Translations under genes and position numbers: made by a program
In this document: positions 58,582 through 64,000 of the stretch, piece after piece
Layout: every line of letters begins with the position of its first letter
Position numbering within the stretch: the stretch's first letter is position 1
Notes under the pieces: generated by a model
What the model was told of the DNA's origin: nothing
The model's database searches: none
What the model saw: only the letters and a program-made list of their open reading frames with translations
DNA from: an uncultured archaeon
GTDB taxonomy: Archaea > Thermoproteota > EX4484-205 > JAAOZP01
Direction of reading: 5' to 3'
Length of the DNA: 64,000 bases
Assembly (NCBI GenBank): GCA_938045545.1
Contig: CALIBN010000006.1
Span: 62,246-126,245, forward strand

Positions 58582-59811
58582 CTAGAGTATCCTATAGTTG
58601 AAACCCCTGTTTTCCATGCATCTTCCCAATTCCTCTAATGTTTCCCCGGTCACGACCTCGACGACTATTTCCACGGTCGCCATCGCCGGAGGAATCCAGG
58701 GCTCGTTTCTCAAATGTATCAGGTCAACTATGTTAGCCTTAACTCTGGAGATGCATTCAAGCACCGTCCTAAGGCTTCCAGACCTGTCTGGGATTGTCAC
58801 TATAAGCCTCACTATCCTGCCTTCCTGCCTGAGGCTTTGAGTAATAACCCGGGCTAGCAGAAGCGGGTTGATGTTTCCGCCACTAATCACAACGCCAACC
58901 CTCCCTTGCTTCAAATCCACCTTGTTGGATAGGACTGCAGCAAGACTCGCAGCCCCCGCGGGCTCCGCAACCATCTTAGCCCTCTCAAGCAGGAGAAACA
59001 TTGCGCGCATTATTTCTTCATCGCTCACCGTCACGAAGTCGTCTACAACTTCAGAGGCTATTTTAAAAGTCAGGTCGCCGGGCTTCTTCACCGATATGCC
59101 GTCAGCTATCGAGTAGCTCCTCACCACGTCTATTATCCTTCCCTGTTTGAACGACTCGGCGAAAGCAGGATAACTGTTTGTCTGGACACCGATTATCTTT
59201 GTTTCCGGAGACAGTTTTTTAAAAACCGTCCCGATTCCAGATATCAAGCCCCCACCTCCAACTGGAATGAAAAGATAATCCAGCCCTCTGGTTTCGCTGA
59301 GGATTTCGAAACCGATCGTCCCCTGGCCGCTTACAACATGCTTGTCGTCGAAAGCGTGAACCATCCTCACCCCCCTGGTTCTAGCATACTCCAGCGCATA
59401 TGCGTTAGCATCATCATAAGTCTCCCCAGCCAGAATCACGTTTGCACCATAGTTCCTCGTAGCCTCAATCTTATTCGGATATGAAAACTCTGGCATAAAT
59501 ATCGTGCACCTCATCCCCAGCATCCTTGCGGCGAATGCCACTCCCTGAGCATGATTACCGGCGGAAGCAGCCACAACCTCCTTAACCCCCTCTTTTTTAG
59601 CGGCGATGCAAGCGTTAAGCGCCCCCCTAACCTTGAAGGAGCCTGTTTTCTGAAGGTTTTCAAGCTTAAGGAGAACCTCAGCCCCCACGATGCTGCTTAT
59701 AGACTCGCTTCTTGTAAAGGGAGTTTTATGAATGAAAGAACCCATTGTTTCCGAAGCGGTTTTAGAGAGCTCGAAAACCTCATCCTGAAGAGAACACATC
59801 TTTCCACTCAC
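58582..59811 (-). CDS. ilvA: Threonine ammonia-lyase with C-terminal ACT domain
   Basis: KLENLQKTGSFKVRGA, SAGNHAQG, PVGGGGLISG, EPAGA, SGGN, IPDRSGSL. Confidence 0.92.
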   Translation of the reverse strand: MSGKMCSLQDEVFELSKTASETMGSFIHKTPFTRSESISSIVGAEVLLKLENLQKTGSFKVRGALNACIAAKKEGVKEVVAASAGNHAQGVAFAARMLGMRCTIFMPEFSYPNKIEATRNYGANVILAGETYDDANAYALEYARTRGVRMVHAFDDKHVVSGQGTIGFEILSETRGLDYLFIPVGGGGLISGIGTVFKKLSPETKIIGVQTNSYPAFAESFKQGRIIDVVRSYSIADGISVKKPGDLTFKIASEVVDDFVTVSDEEIMRAMFLLLERAKMVAEPAGAASLAAVLSNKVDLKQGRVGVVISGGNINPLLLARVITQSLRQEGRIVRLIVTIPDRSGSLRTVLECISRVKANIVDLIHLRNEPWIPPAMATVEIVVEVVTGETLEELGRCMENRGFNYRIL

Positions 59812-60023
59812 CCGGCTGCCCTATTAAACAGCCGACCTTAAAACACGCGTAAAACCCACATATTTTTTTCAAGAGCTTAAACCGCTTAACCATTTGAAGC
59901 TTAAGTCCCATGCTGGGTTTTAACACGGACACGTTTAAAAACTTTCGCGAACTCGAATCGGAGAATCGGCCGTCCGGTTTCTCGGAAAACCTTTTTAACA
60001 ATGGAACGCTCCCTATTTGAAAA

Positions 60024-60938
60024 ATGAGGATAGTTGAGTTTGCCGAGGAGTTCTTCAGCCAAGTAAGGTGCGTTGCAAACCTGAGCCTTCACGAAGACAC
60101 TATTACCGATGGAAGCTTAAGGAGAATAACCTTCGGAGACCCGAATTACAGCAGCAAGTACAGCCTTGTCGCTGTGAAGAATGGTGAAGTAGCCGGGTTT
60201 CTCCTCGCTGTTAGGAGGCTGAAGGAGCCTCCGGAAGTAGTTGAGGCTCAAAAGGATCTCGCATGGATCAAGCTTTTCGCCGTGAGGGAGGATTGCAGGA
60301 GGAGGGGTATTGCTACAGCGCTTTTCAACGAGCTTGAAAACAGGTTGAAGGAAGACGGTGTTAAAAGAATCCGGATCTCCGACTATCCGTTCTGGTATTT
60401 GTTCAGCGGCGTAGACCTGAAATACGAGGATGCGATCGACTTTCTATCCAGAAGAGGATTCAGAAAGGCGGGTGAAACAGTGGATTACGAGATTGACCTT
60501 CTTAAGTTCCACGTTCCCAAGAGGCTCGCAAGCATGAGCGTTAGCCCGCTCACCATAAGGAGAGCCAGGCATGAGGATAGGGAGAATGTTTTCAAATGGA
60601 TTAAGACGGAGTTCTCGATTTTCTGGGCGTATGAGGCGGATGCAAGCTTCAAACATGATAGTCCAAAGCTTTGGATGGCTGAGGAAAACGATAGGATAAT
60701 CGGCTTCTCTGTCTATGGTGCGCTCGAACCCCACTGGTTCGGCCCGATCGGAGTTTTGACTGAAGCAAGGTCCAAGGGGATTGGCTCCATCCTGCTTTTC
60801 AACTGTCTCAAAAGCATGAGAGAGGAGGGGCAGAGGCATGCGGTAGTCCCTTGGACCAACCACCTGTTCTTCTACACGCAGGTCCCAGGGATAACGAGGA
60901 TCAGGCATTATTGGATTATGGAGAAGACGCTTTCCTAA
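60024..60938 (+). CDS. Tandem-GNAT acetyltransferase, paralog of 19586..20506
   Basis: CRRRGIA and ARSKGIG motifs, YLFSGVD, FGPIGV. Confidence 0.85.
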   Translation: MRIVEFAEEFFSQVRCVANLSLHEDTITDGSLRRITFGDPNYSSKYSLVAVKNGEVAGFLLAVRRLKEPPEVVEAQKDLAWIKLFAVREDCRRRGIATALFNELENRLKEDGVKRIRISDYPFWYLFSGVDLKYEDAIDFLSRRGFRKAGETVDYEIDLLKFHVPKRLASMSVSPLTIRRARHEDRENVFKWIKTEFSIFWAYEADASFKHDSPKLWMAEENDRIIGFSVYGALEPHWFGPIGVLTEARSKGIGSILLFNCLKSMREEGQRHAVVPWTNHLFFYTQVPGITRIRHYWIMEKTLS

Positions 60939-60965
60939 AAAGAATATAAGGGACGTGGAAAAGAA

Positions 60966-61489
60966 CTGGTTGCGGGCAAATTAGGCCTGAAGATTCTAAT
61001 ACTTGTCGCAACTCTAGTCGCCATCCTATTTTTCACACTGCTCATAATCGGAGTTAGCCCGGTTCGCCACAGGGGTCCCTGGAGGGTTTTCCCGGTTGAC
61101 GTGGCACACTGGTTCGGGTGGGCGAGCGGAGTGATGCTGGGAGCCTCAGCAACATATTCAGCGCTCAAAAGAGGCTTCCCGGGAAGAATAAGGCTGTGGC
61201 TGTCCACTGTATTCCTGGTTTACTCTCGCTAGCATTAGCTGGGGTTCACCTGATTAACAAGATATGGTTTGCAAGGCTGGGGCACTTGCTGAGCTTCTTC
61301 ACATTCGGACTTATGTTCGTAATAGTTTTAGGGGGAATCCTTGGAAGATACGTGAAAAAGCCTAGGGTGATAAGGGAATATTGGAAAACCCTTCACATAC
61401 CCCTTACCGCAATATTCTACCTCATGCTGGGCATACACGTGCTCACTAAAACTGGCGTATTATTGTTTTCCGGTTTTTCTGAAACTTAG
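60966..61489 (+). pseudogene. Frameshifted membrane protein with paired His residues (cytochrome b/ferric-reductase-like TM domain)
   Basis: Frame A LVAGKLGLKILILV...YSALKRGFPGRIRLWL continues in frame B as VHCIPGLLSLALAGVH...WKTLHIP...GIH after a shift near 61200. Confidence 0.6.
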
Positions 61490-62150
61490 ATATCCACGTG
61501 TCAGCGAAGACGCAGAGGATGAGAATGAAGAGTGAAAAGCAGATGCTTCCCAAGTCGTCCTCGCATCAGCAGCCCCAGTTTTCAGCATACGGTATTTCAC
61601 CCTAGGCCCAGAGTGTTTAAAGAGAGTTTGAGAAAGTTTTCGGCAATGGATTCTTAGCGATGTTCCCCCTGACCCGAGTAATCCCGGCACACTGTAGCCT
61701 GTAACACAGCGCGTTCAACCGACGTTTCGAAAACAGGATGATGAAGCCCTTCATAGACTTAGGCGGGGCGGCGAAACAATCCGGGTTGGAAGAAGGATAA
61801 GCCCAGCCGGGGAGGGATTGTCAGAATCAGGGTTACTTTTCAACTCTACAGCGAGAGTGAAAGCTTAACCTATCGCCGTAAGCTGCTACATCGGCCTTAC
61901 AGAACTCTCGAAGTGGAGCGATTCTGCCGTTTTAGGGCCTGCGAACACCGTTAAAGGATGGGGCGTAGAGTTACGAGGCTTATTGAGCACAAGTTTGACG
62001 GGTGAAGCATGGGCAGCCATAGGATCTCGACGCGTTGGAAACATTATAACCTGTTACATGAGGATTAGGAAATATTTTGGAATAAAACTTGAGGCAAAAG
62101 CGGTTTTAAAGCAAGACTTATAAGCTTCTTTTTTAAAGACTTTTAGAAAA

Positions 62151-62561
62151 ATGGCTGAGAAACCCACGGCGGCCTTCATACTGTCGTTAATCGGAGCAGC
62201 CCTAATCATTCTGAACGCTTTGATACTTGCTTTTTTCACAACCTTGGCGGGCATAATTCTTAGTGATTCCGGAAGGGCTTTAGGAGTGTTTCTACCTAGG
62301 CTCGCCAGCCTGGTTTTTCTATTAGGCATCGCGGGACTGGTTATTGGAGTAATCGTTCTAGCAGGAGCGTTCATGATTAATTCTGAAGATAAGAGCAGGG
62401 TTACAACCGGTTCGCTCATAGTCCTGGTTTTTTCAGTAATAAGCTTCTTCATCGGAGGAGGCTTCATAATAGGCCTCCTATTATGCGTCGTCGGAAGCAT
62501 TCTTGGCTTAACATGGAAGCCTTCAGCCCCGCCGCCGCCACCACCCTCACAATTCTGTTGA
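62151..62561 (+). CDS. Small 4-TM membrane protein with polyproline tail (DUF4064/DUF6114-like)
   Basis: PTAAFILSLIG...SVISF..GGGFIIG..L..VGSILGL, then PPPPPP. Confidence 0.8.
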   Translation: MAEKPTAAFILSLIGAALIILNALILAFFTTLAGIILSDSGRALGVFLPRLASLVFLLGIAGLVIGVIVLAGAFMINSEDKSRVTTGSLIVLVFSVISFFIGGGFIIGLLLCVVGSILGLTWKPSAPPPPPPSQFC

Positions 62562-62644
62562 AAGCCCATTCAGCCTTATAGCCGGCGGCACCGTGTTAAA
62601 ATTCGAGAGATGTTTATATAACCCGTATATATGCTTATTCAGGA

Positions 62645-63859
62645 TTGAAACATCTTGAAAACATTAGGGACCTCGTAAGTTATCACAGCACGGTGGAGAA
62701 GGAGGTCTACCTCGACTTGGAGAACTCAACACCCGTCCCACTGGAGGTTCTTCAAGAAATGCTGCCCTACTTCTCTTCTAAAGCATACGGGAACCCAACG
62801 CTAACCCATAAGCAGGGCTGGGAGGCTTATGAAACAATCATGGATGCAGCGGGATTCATTACGAGACTGATAGGAGGATCCTCGCCGGAGGAGCTGTGCT
62901 TCGCAAGCGGCGAGGCGGAGGTGAACAGCCTAGCCATCTTCGGGACCGCGGTAGGAAAAACCGGTAGAATAGTCGTCTCATCCGTAGACCCTCTCACCAT
63001 CCTGCTGCCGGTTGAAAGGCTTGAGAAAAAGGGTTTTGAAGTCGTTAGGGTTCCAGTCGACCCGGAGGGCTTCGTGGATCTTGAGGCTTTATCCAAGGCT
63101 GTTAACAGAGACACCGTACTGGTGAGCATGAGCATGGTTAACAACGAGATTGGAACCATACAGCCGTTCAGGGAGATCGTGAAGACAGCCAGGGAGGGGA
63201 ACCCGGATGTGACCATACACATGGATGCCTCCGACGCCTACGGGAGGATAGGCTTCAACGTTAAGGACATGGATGTGGACCTGCTGAGCATCAGCAGCTA
63301 TAAGATTATGGGGCCAAGGGGCGTGGCTGCGCTCTACGTGAGGAGCGGGGTTGAAGTTGAAAGAATAATTGAAGGCCCCATCGGGACCCAGCCCCTCTGG
63401 CCGGGTGTTGAAAACACGCCGCTGATAGTAGGTTTTAAAAAGGCTTCGGAGCTGGCGTTTAAAGACTTCGAAGGGAACGTCAGCAAGATGAGAAAGCTTA
63501 GAGACATGCTGATTAACGGCCTCCTGAGCATCGAGGAGACTCTTCTAAACGGCCCCGCTGGGGGGAAGAGGGCTCCGGACAACGTTAACATAAGCTTCCT
63601 ACACTGCGAGGGCGAATCACTAACCATCGAGCTAAGCTTCAAAGGAGTCTATGTTTCAAGCGGAAGCGCGTGCACGAGAAGAATACTCCAGCCAAGCCAC
63701 GTTTTAACAGCCATAGGGAGAGAGTATGAGGCTGCTCACGGAAGCATCCTCATGAAGGTTTCAAGGTATCATAGTGTCGAGGATATAGAGTATGTTTTAG
63801 AGGCTTTTAAGCCGGCTGTCGAAAGAATAAGGGCCATGAGCCCGACGAGGAGGATTTAG
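62645..63859 (+). CDS. iscS: IscS/NifS-like class V PLP protein (atypical active site)
   Basis: YGNP, VNNEIGTIQP, SSYKIMGPRG, SSGSACT, PSHVL; directly upstream of iscU. Confidence 0.85.
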   Translation: MKHLENIRDLVSYHSTVEKEVYLDLENSTPVPLEVLQEMLPYFSSKAYGNPTLTHKQGWEAYETIMDAAGFITRLIGGSSPEELCFASGEAEVNSLAIFGTAVGKTGRIVVSSVDPLTILLPVERLEKKGFEVVRVPVDPEGFVDLEALSKAVNRDTVLVSMSMVNNEIGTIQPFREIVKTAREGNPDVTIHMDASDAYGRIGFNVKDMDVDLLSISSYKIMGPRGVAALYVRSGVEVERIIEGPIGTQPLWPGVENTPLIVGFKKASELAFKDFEGNVSKMRKLRDMLINGLLSIEETLLNGPAGGKRAPDNVNISFLHCEGESLTIELSFKGVYVSSGSACTRRILQPSHVLTAIGREYEAAHGSILMKVSRYHSVEDIEYVLEAFKPAVERIRAMSPTRRI

Positions 63860-63860
63860 A

Positions 63861-64000
63861 ATGTCAAGAGCCCCACTACCCTACAGCCAGAAAATCCTTG
63901 AACTGTTCAGGAACCCCAAGAACCTTGGAAGGATGGAGGACGCTACTGTTTCAGCCACAGCCGGAAGCCCGGCGTGCGGAGACATGATAGCGTTCTACCT
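63861..64000 (+). CDS. iscU: IscU/NifU-like Fe-S scaffold, N-terminal part (runs off the window edge)
   Basis: Not in the track. MSRAPLPYSQKILELFRNPKNLGRMEDATVSATAGSPACGDMIAFY. Confidence 0.9.
   Translation, partial: MSRAPLPYSQKILELFRNPKNLGRMEDATVSATAGSPACGDMIAFY

Noticed and set aside
1-64000. CRISPR arrays, tRNA/rRNA genes, transposases or integrases
   Set aside because: No regularly spaced repeats, tRNA cloverleaf signatures, rRNA-like tracts or recombinase motifs were seen by eye. Small RNAs such as C/D guides could have been missed.

Overview
A gene-dense 64-kb stretch of an archaeal chromosome. The assignment rests on AMP phosphorylase, fused ThiDN, an archaeal Prx6-type peroxiredoxin, TATA-type promoters and many TTG/GTG, apparently leaderless, starts. 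The gene content suggests a TACK/Thermoproteota-type heterotroph (possibly Brockarchaeota- or Bathyarchaeia-like; inference only). I saw no rRNA, tRNA, CRISPR array or IS element. The window is dominated by carbohydrate and amino-sugar catabolism. Highlights: (1) a compact cluster for breaking down bacterial peptidoglycan sugars (tandem GNAT, PIG-L deacetylase, NamZ/DUF1343, BadF-type kinase, divergent MurQ) in a domain of life not known to make MurNAc, plus a GH20 hexosaminidase and a second tandem GNAT; (2) one ORF fusing a CPBP intramembrane protease to a Pmt/GT39 protein O-mannosyltransferase, between a Dol-P-Man synthase-GtrA gene and a solute-binding protein with a Thr-rich/PGF-TM-basic tail; (3) a 155-aa mini-intein inserted inside the CxxxCxxC motif of a radical SAM enzyme; (4) an IscS-like protein missing several PLP/substrate-binding residues, upstream of iscU; (5) a thiDN-thiW-P-loop operon with a perfect 20-bp palindrome and a dead divergent regulator; (6) several pseudogenes, a deletion junction and a degenerate nuclease paralog. 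All functional calls come from motif recognition by eye; no database search was run.
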